DNA from: Octopus sinensis
Taxonomy: Eukaryota
Assembly (NCBI RefSeq): GCF_006345805.1
Contig: NC_043002.1
Location: 119,474,001-119,538,000, forward strand
DNA: 64,000 nt
Direction of reading: 5' to 3'
Shown here piece after piece: positions 39,760 through 53,973 of this stretch. Under the pieces are notes generated by a model. That model ran no database searches, had not been told where the DNA came from, and saw only the letters and a program-made list of their open reading frames with translations. The translations under genes and the position numbers were made by a program. Within the stretch, counting starts at the first letter, position 1, and every line of letters starts with the position of its first letter.

Positions 39760-41305
39760 TGCTGGCCTTGTGTAGAAACTCTACAGAATATTCTATTCCA
39801 ATCTCCTTCAACCATTTGTCTATATCTTTATTCACAGTTCCCAGTACACCAATTATTACAGGCAGAACCTTTAAAGTTTTTATACTCCGAATTCTTACAA
39901 GTTCAAATTTTAAAAGATTCTATCTTTTAATTGTTCATCCTCTTTCGTTACAATTCTGGAATCAAATGGACATGATGGTTCAATTAGTAAGCAACTTCGC
40001 ATATCATTCTCTAATTTTGTTATATATCAGGTTTGTTATTTTCTACCTTGAATCGACAAATCTCATAAAATTTTGCATTTCTCCGAATCCAGCGCTCTTT
40101 TGACCCGATGATTATATCACGTTCCTCTCGCTTCAAATCCGCATTTCTGACACAGCTACCAGTATAAAACCTTTTAGTACTTATTATTAATATTATATGA
40201 AAAGTCACAGCTTATTTTGCTGGGTATGATGGAATGAATCAGCTGTCCACAGCCAGCAGACTAAGGAAACACTAGTTTACTGGTCATGCTTCAAGAACCC
40301 TGCGAAGAATTCTTGCAGTTTCAAGCAATGCTGATTTTTGTAGGTGCTCTTCATTCACGCTTTGAGCCATGTTGGTAGTTACAACTGGTATCATGTCTAC
40401 TCTCTTCATTGACCACAATCTTCGTATTTCCCACTTCAAATCGTCATAGTTGTTTATTTTTTCTTCTTTCACTTTGATCCTGTTGTCACCGGGACATGCT
40501 ATGTCAATTATCATACATGTTCATTCTTTTTTATCCACCACAGCAACGTCCGGTTCCCGATGTCTGGTCGGGTGATTGCACTGGATCATTGCATCCCACA
40601 GAACTTGGCAATTCTCGTTTTCGGTGACCCTTCTGGAGTTTGCTCATACCACGTATTTGCTCTTTGTAGGCCGTGATTTCCACATGAGCTCCCAGTGGAT
40701 CGTTCTTGCCACATTGTCATGGCGCCTTTTGAATTTGTGTTGTGCCAATTTCGGGCTTTCGCTAATGATGTGCCATACCGTCTCACCCCTCTCCCCACAC
40801 ACTCTTCATTTGTCGCTATTGTATTGTTGTCAATTCTGCACTTCATACTTTTGGTCCTTAACACTTGTTCCTGAGCTACACATGTGAGTGCTTCTGTTTT
40901 TATCTTCAGGTATCTATAGTCACCGGTCCTCTGTATCTGTCTTGGAGTTCACATCTATTGCAGACTGACCATACATATTCTTTTCCTGCCACTCCTTTTT
41001 TTTGTTCATTTCTTGTTTAAATTTTTCTATCGTTATTTTCTCTTTATAACATGTTTTGTTGGAGCTCCTGGTGTCTTGTATGTGTAGCGGGATTACTATC
41101 TGCAGCCTACGGTACAATGCTGTTCGTTCTTTTCAGCTATCTAATACTTTCCTGATTGTACTGGCAGTGGCAAGGAGGTAAACCTTTTGTAACAGTTCTA
41201 CTGGGCGCTTTATTCCAGTTTCCTTTGTATTGTTCTTGATGCCTTCTGATTCTGTTCCCAAGAACCCAACAATAATTGCCACTATCTTCACCTTCATCAT
41301 TTTCC
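39760..41305 (-). mobile_element. Cluster of three R4/Dong-like RLE 3' fragments (about 39760-40170, 40270-41150, 41130-41305)
   Basis: NKPDI; IIDIACPGDNRIKVKEEKINNYDDLKWEIRRLW...LQKSALLETARILRRVLE; VKIVAIIVGFLGT...LLQKVYLLATASTIRKVL. Confidence 0.75.
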
Positions 41306-41315
41306 ATAACCGGGC

Positions 41316-41371
<56 letters not shown>

Positions 41372-41377
<6 letters not shown>

Positions 41378-41535
41378 TAGTTTTATTTTTATATCGTGCT
41401 TTCACTTCACTACCGAGCGCAGCTCTGTGTGCCTTGGGTATGTGCTGTGATTTGTTGTGTTGCTCTGATGGTTATTGTATGGAAAGTGTTCTGCGTAGGA
41501 TGTGTGCAGTGCCTAGTAGTGCAATTTTCTGTATA
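41372..41535 (-). mobile_element. R4/Dong-like LINE extreme 3' end plus UTR, between (TAA)n tracts
   Basis: IQKIALLGTAHILRRTLSIQ* followed by a UTR. (TAA)n on both sides. Confidence 0.75.
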
Positions 41536-41547
41536 TTATTATTATTA

Positions 41548-42175
41548 TTATTATTATTACTTTTTTTTTTTTCTTCTTTCAAATTTTCTTCCATTTCTTG
41601 CCGAGTGTCTTCCCGACTCCTAGGGCAAAGAAACTCATAGTGCAGGGGTGGGCGAACTTTTTTGATCGCGGGCCGCACAGTGCGTCTTTGGAACCTTGGC
41701 GGGCCTCATTTATAAAAATCAAGTGAAAACTATTGTGAATTACCGTACAACTGAAACAGTTACGAAGTATCTGCATAGAAGTTGGGATTCATAAAAGCTC
41801 TCGGCGGGCCGCATGAAAACCCATGGCGGGCCGTAGTTTGCCCACCCCTGTCATAGTGTATATTGGTAGGCCATTAAACCAAACTCAGTAGTTCGTTCAT
41901 TTTTTTTTTTTTTTTTTTTTAAAGTTAAATTAAAATACATGAGCAGCAACAGTTCTCACATCGACAATGCTCTTCTCAATACGTGTGATGTACCAGTTAA
42001 GACAATCTTTTGCACTTCTTGCAGGGATGGTAAGCCAGGGATCATTCTCATATAATTTTCGGTTCCCTTCTTGATCATTCCTAGTGCTCCTACGATCACT
42101 GGTATTGTAACCGCCTTGAGATGTCACATTTTCTCAATTTCAATGAGTAGGTCTTTATATTTTCTGAGCTTGTCA

Positions 42176-42176
<1 letters not shown>
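41548..42176 (-). mobile_element. R4/Dong-like LINE 3' end with a hAT MITE inserted in its UTR
   Basis: DKLRKYKDLLIEIEKM*..VTIPVIVGALGMIKKG...QKIVLTGTSHVLRRALSM*. The UTR is homologous to 20190-20325. Confidence 0.8.
41643..41850. mobile_element. Non-autonomous hAT element (MITE), 208 bp
   Basis: TIRs CAGGGGTGGGCGAACT / AGTTTGCCCACCCCTG. Perfect 8-bp TSD TCATAGTG at 41635-41642 and 41851-41858. Confidence 0.9.
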
Positions 42177-42207
<31 letters not shown>

Positions 42208-42244
42208 GGTCGGCTGATTATTATTATTGTTGTTATTGTTATTA

Positions 42245-42276
<32 letters not shown>

Positions 42277-42277
<1 letters not shown>

Positions 42278-42480
42278 AGACGGTGGGCTGATAGAAACGT
42301 TAGCTCGACGGGCAAAATGCTTAGCGGTATTTTCTCCGTTTCACGTTCTGAGTTCAAATTCCGCCGAGGTCGACTTTTCTTTTCATCCTTTCGGGGTCGA
42401 TTAAATAACTACCAGTTATGCACTGGGGTCGATGTAATCGACTTAATCCCTTCCCTCAAATTTGAGGCCTTGTGCTTCCA
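42277..42480 (+). mobile_element. SINE family C copy in (TTA)n
   Basis: Head, central motif and tail present. Confidence 0.8.
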
Positions 42481-42789
42481 GGATTATTATTGTTAATACC
42501 ATGCGCGCGTAATCGAAAGAAGGGTGTTTAATCACTCGTCTTCGTCTGTCTGTGTTTGCAAAATTACTGGAAATCGGCTGATTGTATTGTCACCACATTT
42601 GGCAGCAATAATCATTGGGTGAGTGTCTCAAAATGATGAACCTTTGGTTTGATTTTCTTTAAAAACAAAAAGAAAAAGATTTTTTAAAACCGAACTTATG
42701 AATTTCTCGATAAGCAAGTGGTTATATTTTTTTTCCATATGAATCGACCTTCGTCTGCTTTGATCTTGTGCCGCCAATATGAAATCTTC

Positions 42790-44065
42790 ATTCTCTGCTT
42801 TCAGTCCTGAACTTCTCAGTCACTGATGGGAAGTTGCTTGGTCTACACCAGCATTTCGACTTCGAAGTTATGCTGTTCATGCAGAAGCTTCTGGCTCCAC
42901 CACTTCTCAATTTGTTTCTGTCCGTTCTTTTTTGTAGTCTGCTTGATCCGTTTTGCTTGTTTGGTGACAGTGGTTTCAGGTTTTTCATATAATTCAGTGT
43001 TAATGTCAAGTTCCCTTGCGAATTTGCAAGCTTCCTGCACAGAAGCCGCAGCATCCTGTACTCTGTACTAGATAAGTACCAGTTCACTGCTATTGTGGAG
43101 GTCTAATTAGCCAAGTTCTACCTGCATCATTCCTCTTCCCCATTACTTCTAGGTAGATACAGACGATCAACGTCTGCTTTCAGGTGGTGCATGTTCTTAG
43201 ATGTTAGTAGTTTTCTTGTCTTCCTGTCTAGGTGTTGGATCTCTGTTAGATTCCAGTTAATGATGTTAAAACTGTTAAAATGATGTTAAAACTACTGGAA
43301 GTGCCAGGGTGTTAATGGCTTCGATGCGAAGAGTTTTACTTTCCTGTTATACTCTTTTCTTATTTTTTCCTGCATAGCAGCATGTTGTATACCATCTCCA
43401 AGTATTTATAACTTTCTTGTGGGTGAAGCTCCTTGATTGTAGCGTCGGTATTTAATTTAATGGAAGCTGTTTGCCTGAGCTTGCCTTTTACAAAAGTTGT
43501 TTTAGTACACTTATCAAGGCCAAAATCCATCCCGCTATCATTGCTGAACTCTTGTTAGCAGCCCCACTAGCTCTCCGTTATTTCTAGCAAACAGCTTCAG
43601 ATCGTCCGTATAAAACAGATGGTTTATTGTAGTATTATAAACTTTGAACTCATACCTGGTATAATTGAGTTCTTTTGAGAGTGGGATCAGTGCCTTACAA
43701 AAGTGTAATTGGGAAAGGGAGTCACCTTGAAAGGTGTCTCGTTTGAAGTTGATGTTGTTAGATTGGTTCATATATATTTTATGGGCTTTGAGTAGCCAAT
43801 TATGTGGACAACTATCAATCGCTTTCCTGTAGTCCATCCATGTCATTCTCAGACTCTCGTTTTTTCTCCAGCAATTCTCTACAATCATTTTATTTATAAG
43901 TAATCGATCTTCGGACTCATAAGAATTCCTTTAAAAGCCTTTTTGAGCATGTGGAAAGACACAGTTCTATTCAAGGAAAGTGTATATTCTTTCAGTGAAT
44001 ATGGATGTGAAGATCCTGTAAGTAGTGTTGAGACATGTTATTGGTCGATAGCTTTTTGGAAGTTG
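42790..44065 (-). mobile_element. R4/Dong-like LINE RT pseudogene
   Basis: SYRPITCLNTTYRIFT, WMDYRKAIDSCPHNWL, FQGDSLS, INHLFYTDDLKLFARN, MDFGLDKC, YKYLG and DVDRLYLPR. Confidence 0.9.
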
Positions 44066-44630
44066 TTTCGATTTGGCAGAATCGTTAGCACGTCGGGCGA
44101 AATGCTTAGCAGTATTTTGTCTGCCGCTACGTTCAGTGTTCAAATTCCGTAGAGTTCGACTTTGCTTTTCATCCTTTCCTGGGTCGATAAAATAACTACC
44201 TATCGAACACTGGGGTCGATATAATCGACTCATCTCCACCTTCCCCATGTTGCCCTTGTGGCAAAAAGTTGAAATAATAATAATGATAATAATAACAATT
44301 ATTATTTAGACAGTGAGCTGGCTGAGTCGTTATCGCACCGGTCAAAATGCTTAGCAGCATTTGTTCCGACTTAAAATTCTGAGTTCAAATGTCACTGGGG
44401 TCAACGTTTCCTTTCAACCTTTCGGAATCTGTAAAATATGTACCAGCTTAGCACTGCAGTCGATGTAAACAACATACCCACGTCTCCAAAATTGCCTGCT
44501 TTGTGCCAAGATTTGAACCCGTTATCATCAGGTAAGGTCGATACCATCGACTCTTGCACTTGATTGGCGTTTAATTGGCCCCGAAGGGAGGAAAGCAGAG
44601 TTGACCTCGGTGAGATTTGAACTCAGTAAC
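44066..44630. mobile_element. Cluster of three SINE family C copies/fragments (+,+,-)
   Basis: Family C heads at about 44071 and 44313, and a reversed central motif at about 44530-44630. Confidence 0.7.
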
Positions 44631-46089
44631 CTACATTCGTGTTCCTCTATAAATATTAAACTGACATCTATTAAGATAAAACTACCAATATAATCACACC
44701 TTACGCTCTTTCTTGCAAGTGAGTATTAAATTATTTAATACTTTTTCCGCATAAGGCTTTGAAATTCAAGCCTTTTACACACTTGTATGAAACAGTTAAG
44801 TTATAACAGAAAACATTCTGTTTACGAAGAATTTCTGGACTAGCAGCGTTAATCGAGGAAAAATTTCTTTAACGTAAAAATGTGACAAATGTATTGGCGT
44901 CTTTATCATCATCTAACTTTCGTTAGAATAAACGTAATAAATATATATTTTCATGTCATGAAAATGAACAGATCACGAGCTAACATGTAGGCCTCTTCCG
45001 TCAAGGAGAGCTAATGTATTGTAGGTGAGTTGAAAGTGGTTGATTAGAAATTGGATGATTAGAAAGGCCACATTGCAAAATCTTTCATTGATTTTCAATG
45101 CATTTGATGCTTATTTAATATCAGGACGGCAGCCAACGGAAGTCCATCACAGTAGTTTGTCAGTTAGGTTGCAATTGATACTCCTACATACAAGCGTCGT
45201 GCTTTGTCCATCCTTTGCAAACATTTGTGGGTTTGTCTTTTTTATTCGAAACTTAAACCTTGGTTTTACTTTTTTCTCTTGAGCGCAAAAGAAATTGAGC
45301 GAAAGGAAAGCAGAAAACATCAACTGAATAAACAGTGAAGAAAAGGAGAAAAAGGAGCTGTTATTGATAGGTGTTCTATTTGAAAACCATTATACATTGT
45401 TGCAAAAATAGTTCCCCACATAACGGAAGGCATGATCTTAATAGATCATATCTCTTATTATATGATATCAGACTAAACTAGAAGCGATATTCGACTAAAA
45501 TAGAAGGGTATGAGTTATGCAAAGAATGCGCGATTAAGAAAATAGACGAAGTCAAAAGTAGTAAAAATGTATTTGTCGAAAAATAAAAATTAAAAAATAT
45601 AGAAATATAGCAATGAAAGGAGCGTCCTATGAAAATTCTTCGGTGTTGGGCAAAAAACAGAATCCTTTTTGCGTCTCATCGCCAAATATTGGGAAGATGT
45701 CTTGATATTTTACCAAAAGAAAACTTGATGTTATTGATCTGTTAGAACAAACATGTTCTAAGCTGCACCAAAGAATAGTTGCGTGTTGTATCTAAGCAAA
45801 TAAAACGCATTTTCTACGTTTCTACTTAATTCTATTTATCTCTGTACTGTTATATAAACATGTGTAAAACAAAGCCTGATAACCATTTTTATGAGAAGAA
45901 TTGATTACAATACTAACGCTGTTGAACTGGAGAGCTTGCGTCCATTTACGGGAAACAAACGGATGAGACAATTGAGAAAAATAAAATCCTGCTCAGAAAA
46001 TCTTCAATGAAGTTCTAGTAAAGTTCCATTGGAATTTCCAAGGACCTTTTCCTACTACAACATTTTTAATTGTCCTCTACTAAACTATG

Positions 46090-46420
46090 ACTCCAAGAGT
46101 CGTGCAACTTGCAGCATGCTATGCTAACGTTTGTGTAATTCGTGAATACAATTGTGGCAAAAGCTGACAAGGAATGTTGAATCCAAGCTTTTGAGTGCAA
46201 GCGTTCCAGAAAGGCTGCTACGCATCTCGTACACGAAACAAAAGAGATACAGAGTTGTCATACAGCAGGTCATCACTTATGCCTGTAAACAGGAACCAGT
46301 TCTTGCAACTGAGAAACGTTGAAAGCTCATTTGACACGGATCTCTATCCGAAAACGACTCAAGGTAGTTTGTCAACATCAAAAACAGGTGAGGTCTCAAG
46401 ATTGGATGGCTGAAGTCAGG
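46090..46420 (+). mobile_element. Degraded RTE-clade LINE C-terminal remnant
   Basis: Across frameshifts reads QAFE..RLLRISYTK...QQV...KQEPVL, as in the RTE C-terminus. Confidence 0.5.
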
Positions 46421-46570
46421 AACCAATAACAATAGATGAACTCGGTAACATCGTCTGAAATAGTGCTTAAATCACTGGCTAGGACAGCTGCTGGAGGATG
46501 GTGATAATGATGAATATGATGATATTATGTATGTATGTATAATTATATATATACACACACACACATGCAT

Positions 46571-46665
46571 ATACAACGTGCATTTCAAAATATGACCCCC
46601 TCACTTCAATGCAGTTTCTGAAGCGCTCAAGCCACGACATGAAGGCCCTATGGAAGTCCTTCAAA
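46571..46665 (-). mobile_element. Mariner transposase C-terminal fragment
   Basis: KDFHRAFMSWLERFRNCIEVRGSYFE resembles the mariner C-terminal F..W..R..KCI...G.YFE motif. Confidence 0.65.
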
Positions 46666-46816
46666 AGAGCCCTAGTAATCCGTTACAACACTTACCTAAC
46701 GTACCTAATCGTTTAGATCACCTGTGAACTAAAACCCCGTAATATATATATGTATGTATGTATGTATGCATGTATGTAAGTATATATGTATCTATACGTA
46801 TGTTACGGGGTTTATA

Positions 46817-46923
46817 AAAGGATCCTGTTGTATATATGTATGAAGGCGGTGCTCCAGCATGGCTCCAGTCAAATGACAGAAACAAATAAAAGAATATAAG
46901 AATATATATACATGCATATATAT

Positions 46924-46973
<50 letters not shown>

Positions 46974-47078
46974 TACAACAGGATCCTTTCAGGTTCCCTC
47001 TACCAAATCCACTCACAAGGCTTTGGTCGCCCCAGGTTGTTGTTGTAGGCACTTGCCCACGGTGTCACGAAGTGGAAC
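46817..47078. mobile_element. Two SINE family A fragments in opposite orientation
   Basis: The 3' part is on plus (46843-46897) and the 5' part on minus (46976-47078), with a 25-bp inverted duplicate. Confidence 0.65.
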
Positions 47079-47589
47079 ATGTATGTGTATATATATACAT
47101 ACATACATACGTACATGCCTTTATTTATCTATCCAGATCCAGCTGCATTTGGATCTATTATTAGGAGCAGTTAGCTGTCACAATATGTCTGGCCAATGTA
47201 CGTAGGCACTAGTAATCTTCAAATATATTCCTATCCTATCTGTCAAATATTACACACTATATACAAAGACAGCTTCTAAACAATTAAAAATCAATTAAAC
47301 GCTTTCATCTTACGTCCATACAACCAGAAATAAATTTACCGATAAATGAAAGCAAATTGATTTAAAATTTCAGAAACTTCACAAAAACAAAAATAAATCA
47401 AATACGTTCAAAAATTTTCAATAAAATTCAATATAAAATATTACCTATAAAATATATTGAAAGTAAGCAGCTTCAGACATCAGTGCACATGCTCACGCAC
47501 AATCGTAAACACATATACGTATGTGTGATGTGTGCGCTTGTTACGTAGGTGTTGATAGGTTTGTGGTTTAGTCGATGTACGAATGTATG

Positions 47590-48470
<881 letters not shown>

Positions 48471-49048
48471 AAATAGATAGATGGAGAGAGAGAGAGATAC
48501 ATATATAGGTATTGAAATAGACATAAAATCTTTATATGTATGTACGAGCGTAAAAGGAATGGGAAAAATCCTCCACCCCCTCCTTGCCAACCTTTCCTAT
48601 CTAAAACCCCATCTTGGCAGATAGAAGCTGGGGGAGGGGTCATAAAAAGTGTAATCAGCTAAAACATTCCATAAATCATTTGAAAACTTACTAGTTATAG
48701 TCCTATTTTCAAATAACCGATAGATATTTATCCATGCGCACTGAAACTCATCGATTAGCTCTTAAGTGCTACAGACAACCGTTGCTAGTTAAATTGGAGT
48801 ATAGTTTGTAATGGTTCAGAGCTTCAGAGCTGAGATGGTGTTATAAGATAAGCCACACGTCTATGAACGTGCGCACATCTATCTGTCTGCGTGTGCATTT
48901 GAATGCCTTTGACTATATGCATATGTGTATTCGCGTACGTATGCGTATCTCTTTCTTATGAACATATGCATATATCTAATTGCAGGTAAGATAACATGTT
49001 TGGTTGAGACTTACATGCCTGACTACTTATTTACCAACCGAACTACAA

Positions 49049-49138
<90 letters not shown>

Positions 49139-50127
49139 GTGCATTTGTGTGTGTGTGTGTGTGCATGTGTTCACATATATACAAGTTATCAATAAATCTG
49201 CGATAAAAGATGTTAGTTCTGTTTATCCCTTATCACTGAGTATACATTTAAACAAAAGCTCTGGTTACGCTCACAGTAACATATGTACCTATACGTTGAT
49301 ACTATACAGAGAGAAGCAGTTAAATAAGTACATCCAAAGAATACAAACATACTTTTAATCATAACTGCATATGTACAAACAAAAGCATAAGTAATACACA
49401 ATTATATATACACACCAACGATTCAGCTAAATTTCTTCCCCCTTTTTGTCTCTGTCATTATACACATAGATGCATCCTCACATACACTGCAACATACGCA
49501 TATGCATACAATTAAACACTTATTCTTGCATACATTTATACATACGTACATGCACTGCATATATACATATAAGCATACATATAACGATCATCCCTGATGT
49601 TATATATGTTTACAAAAACTTATTCCTAGAAAGCATTCTTCTAACTGTTTTGGTCCAAAATTCATGTTTATATATCCTTTGTCGTTTAAGTTGTTTTGCT
49701 TGAAATATAAAAAAAGAAGGTGGCGACATTTTGACTTCATTGTAGAACATGAATTTCACTACATTTGTCATTCATATACTCCTAGTTACTGCAATTGAAC
49801 ATCTTACAAATATTACCCTCACACTCGCGGCTGGAAGCAAAGCAATTCGTGTTATATAAAAGGAATATTACAAATGGTTTGCTTCTCTGTATATTCTTTT
49901 ATTTTGGCATTGTATTTTCTAGAATTTGTTTACAAAACCCCGTGGTTATATACTAGGGCCTACAACAGAATCACACACTAATGCAACCCGTTGTTTATTT
50001 GCTGAAAATGGAAAATGAAACTGAATAAAGAAGCCTCTTTTTAGCTTTAATTCTTAATTTTTAGCAATACTTCTGTGATCCTTACCCTATGCCTTCTGCG
50101 AACCTTTCTTTATAGCAATTATGTATA

Positions 50128-50345
50128 TGGCGGCGAGCTGGCAGAATCGTTAGCACGTAGGGAAAATTACTTAGCAGCAGTTCGTCCGTCTTTTTCGTCC
50201 TATGTTCAGTTTCTGCCAAGGTCGAGTTTGCCTTTCCTCATTTCGGGATCGATAAAATAAGTACCACTTCAACACTGGGGTCCATGTAATCGACCTACCC
50301 CTTCTCTCGAAATTGCTGGCCTTGTATCAAAATTTAAAACCGATT
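50128..50345 (+). mobile_element. SINE family C copy
   Basis: GGCGGCGAGCTGGCAGAATCGTTAGCAC...GGATCGATAAAATAAGTACC. Confidence 0.75.
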
Positions 50346-51721
50346 ATGTTTCATAATGCCAATAACCAATTGCAAAGAATATACGTCCGATGCTGAAGTC
50401 TAAAAATAAAACAATTACTATAATAGTTCGCCAAATAAATACGTTAATTAACCCCTAATATTTTCTTTAACACTTTACCTGTCCAAAACATTCATGCGTA
50501 TTTTAAAACTTTTCGTTAGCCCTTATTTTATTCGTTTTGAGTAATAGAAATCTTTTTCTTCGTGGGTTCCAAGTTACTCTCGTGATTAAAAAACAAATGG
50601 GGAATGTGTATCATAGATGATATATCATAGATATATCCTGTGTATCACATATGATATATTGGACAAGAAAATTCACCACATTTAGAGTTACTGTTGTTGC
50701 TTATGATGATAAAATTATTACACATTTTAAACAATTCGCTCTTTTATAATACAATCATTCGTGACAGAATTCAGGCAGATGAAATAAAACTAAAATGTCG
50801 TGACCATGGACACAACACAACGGCAGAACGCAACATGGCCAAATTATCACTTAGACAGAATTTCACCGGAAACTTTGTAGTTACATTTATTTAAATATTT
50901 CTAGTCCGATACTGAATTTTATTATAGCGATATATGTTACTTTGGGCTGAAGAATTGAATCTAATTCATAACAAATGCTTAACCAAGCAGTTTTATAAAG
51001 ATAGCGATCACTCGAGCAGCAAACAGCGAAGCCTGTCAATAATGTAAGATGTTTGACAGTGTTTATCAACACAAGATGACAGCGTCTATTATTAGCTGAA
51101 ATTCAGAAGAAACCCCAGCAAATTGTCTGCGAAAGAACTGATGATCGGTTGGTGAGAAATCAGCTTACCGACAGAACGTGTCGGCAGTTCACATCAGGAA
51201 CCTGACAATAGTTGCTTATCTCATGGTCGATCGGTTCCCTTAATTAAACATAAAAACCTTATACATATATCTATATATGTGAATCACTGTTTCACAGATA
51301 AAGATTGTACTTTGATATCTCGTTGTATTGAATGAATTACTCAACGAATAAAGGTACAACTCACTATATCCTTAGATGTGAAATGGTACGAATAGTTTCT
51401 AAAAGTTTCGACTAAAAGCTATTAAAATCTTCAGTCAATCATTCAATAATCCAAACAATCAATTTGTCAGTCAATTAACAAATCAAAATTGTACCTCGTG
51501 GTTGAACAAAAATGGGAATGTATATCATAAATGATGCATGGATGCAAGGGATATATATCCAGTGTATCTTACAACGTAATTTCTGCAGATATAAATCATC
51601 AACGCCTTCACTAAAAATATAAGAATATAAAAAATAAACTCACAATATTAGAAATAATCATATCATCCTCATTATAACATCCACGATGACCACCACCAAC
51701 ACCACCACCATTATTACTATC

Positions 51722-51782
<61 letters not shown>

Positions 51783-51936
51783 GTGGCTTGTAGGTAGGCA
51801 TTGATCTTGTGCTGCTATGATAAACCCTTATTTTTCTGATTTATATAATTGTTGTTGATTATTATTATTATTGTTGTTGTTGTTGTTGTTGTTATTATTA
51901 TCGTTGTTGTTATTATTATCGTTGTTGTTGTTATTA

Positions 51937-51988
<52 letters not shown>

Positions 51989-51994
51989 CATTAA

Positions 51995-52046
<52 letters not shown>

Positions 52047-52049
<3 letters not shown>

Positions 52050-52870
52050 TTATGTTTGACTTTTGCTTTGATTTTGTACCAGTTGGTTCCAAGTCTCACC
52101 CAGAGACCTCAAGAGACAACAAGTTCGAAGTTCATGTTGGTGTTATGCCTAGGGTGCCATATATTTGGTTTTGTACATAGTGTTGTTCTAGAGAATGTTT
52201 AAGAAACCATAAGAAAATTATGTGCTTGTTTTAAAATTTGAGATTACAAAGACAGTATTTTACGTATGATATGGGCAGTTCCCATGAGCACAGTCTTTTG
52301 AATTTCTGCCATTTTGGGGTTTCTTGGTATCTGAGCTAGGTAGCAATCAGCCCCTTTTGCTATCATTGCTAGAGCACCTACAACAACAGGTATTGTTTTA
52401 GTTTTCAGTTTCCCCATTTTGCTGATTTCTATTTCAAGATCTTTATATTTGCTCAGTTTTTGGTAGGTCTTGACAGATACGATTATATTGATTGGGACAG
52501 TCATATCAATGAGGAGGCATGATTTTTGTCTGAAGCCTTTCAATATAATGTCTGGCCTATTCGCATCTATCTTTCTGTCAGTTTGAATGGTGAAGTTCCA
52601 AAGGAGTGAGATGTGGTCATTTTCAAGCACAGGCGGTGGTTTGTGTTCCCACAAGTTTTTATCATGGCTTTTTCAAATTACCCAGTGAATATATTGTGCA
52701 GCTCTATCATGCCTGTTGAGATACTCTGTAGGCGCAAGAAGACTACACATGGAGACAACATGATCAATGGTTTCATTTTGTTGTTGACATACACGACATG
52801 TTGGAAAGCTGCCGTTCTTTAATATGTTGGCCTTGTGCTGCTATGATAAACCCTTATTTTTCTGATTTAT
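52047..52870 (-). mobile_element. R4/Dong-like LINE 3' fragment (CCHC knuckle, RLE, UTR) in (TAA)n
   Basis: GFIIAAQ..ANILKNGSFPTCRVCQQQNETIDHVVSMC..RHDRAAQ, then ORF 52244-52654 (RPDII..LLIDMTVP..KYKDL..VVVGAL..QKTVLMGTAHIIRKIL*). Confidence 0.9.
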
Positions 52871-52947
52871 ATAATTGTTGTTGATTATTATTATTATTGT
52901 TGTTGTTGTTGTTGTTGTTGTTAATATTATCGTTGTTGTTGTTATTA

Positions 52948-52988
<41 letters not shown>

Positions 52989-53029
52989 TATTATTATTAT
53001 TATCATTAATATTATTTTTATTATTATTA

Positions 53030-53075
<46 letters not shown>

Positions 53076-53089
53076 CATTAATATTATTA

Positions 53090-53166
<77 letters not shown>

Positions 53167-53167
53167 G

Positions 53168-53350
53168 AGTGAGAGAGCAGTGCATGCCATCAAAGTGACA
53201 CTGGGGTAAAATATACGAAGCCCAATATACCCATCATGACTACCCGTCTGATAAAGGTACACCAGGCACATGCATCACAACCATATGTGCGCGAAATGGT
53301 GATCTCATATCAAGATAAACAGCACAGGTGGGGCCCAGTTAGAATTTTCT
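53168..53350 (+). repeat. Family D repeat, truncated, after (TTA)n
   Basis: Homologous to 1695-2135(-). Confidence 0.6.
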
Positions 53351-53399
53351 TCTTCTTCTTCTTCTTCTTCTTCTTCTTCTTCTTCTTCTTCTTCTTCTT

Positions 53400-53488
<89 letters not shown>

Positions 53489-53494
53489 TATTAA

Positions 53495-53710
53495 ACGTGG
53501 CGAGCTGGCAGAATTGTTAGCATGTCGGGAAGAATGCTTAGCGGCATGTCGTTCGTGTTTAGCTTCTGAGTTCAATTTCCGCCAAGGTCGACTTTACCTT
53601 TCATCCTTTCGGGGTCGATGAAATAAGTACCAGTTTAATATTTGGGTCGAATGTAATCGATTACGCTCTTCCCTCAAAATGTCAGGTCTTGTGCCTGCAG
53701 TAGAAAGCGT
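53495..53710 (+). mobile_element. SINE family C copy in (TTA)n
   Basis: GGCGAGCTGGCAGAATTGTTAGC...GGGGTCGATGAAATAAGTACCAG. Confidence 0.8.
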
Positions 53711-53973
53711 TATTATTATGTTAGAAGTTATCTTCTCCCTCATGGCAATTATTATTAGCATCACTTAAATCTGTGTCATTGGATATACATATGATTTCTC
53801 ATTCCATACCTCAAGCAAGTTATCATAATGCACAAATATATCTTCATTATTACAAGCCTCCGTTTATAAAAGATACCATGAATGATAAGATCAACCTTCT
53901 CAAGCGTATATATATAGAAAACATGCGGTATAAGTACTGATTTGCGAGATTGCCATTGCAAACCGTATTTGTA

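Noticed and set aside
44500-44535. Minus-strand CTGATGA at 44525-44531
   Set aside because: Created at a junction of SINE fragments, with no remaining core.
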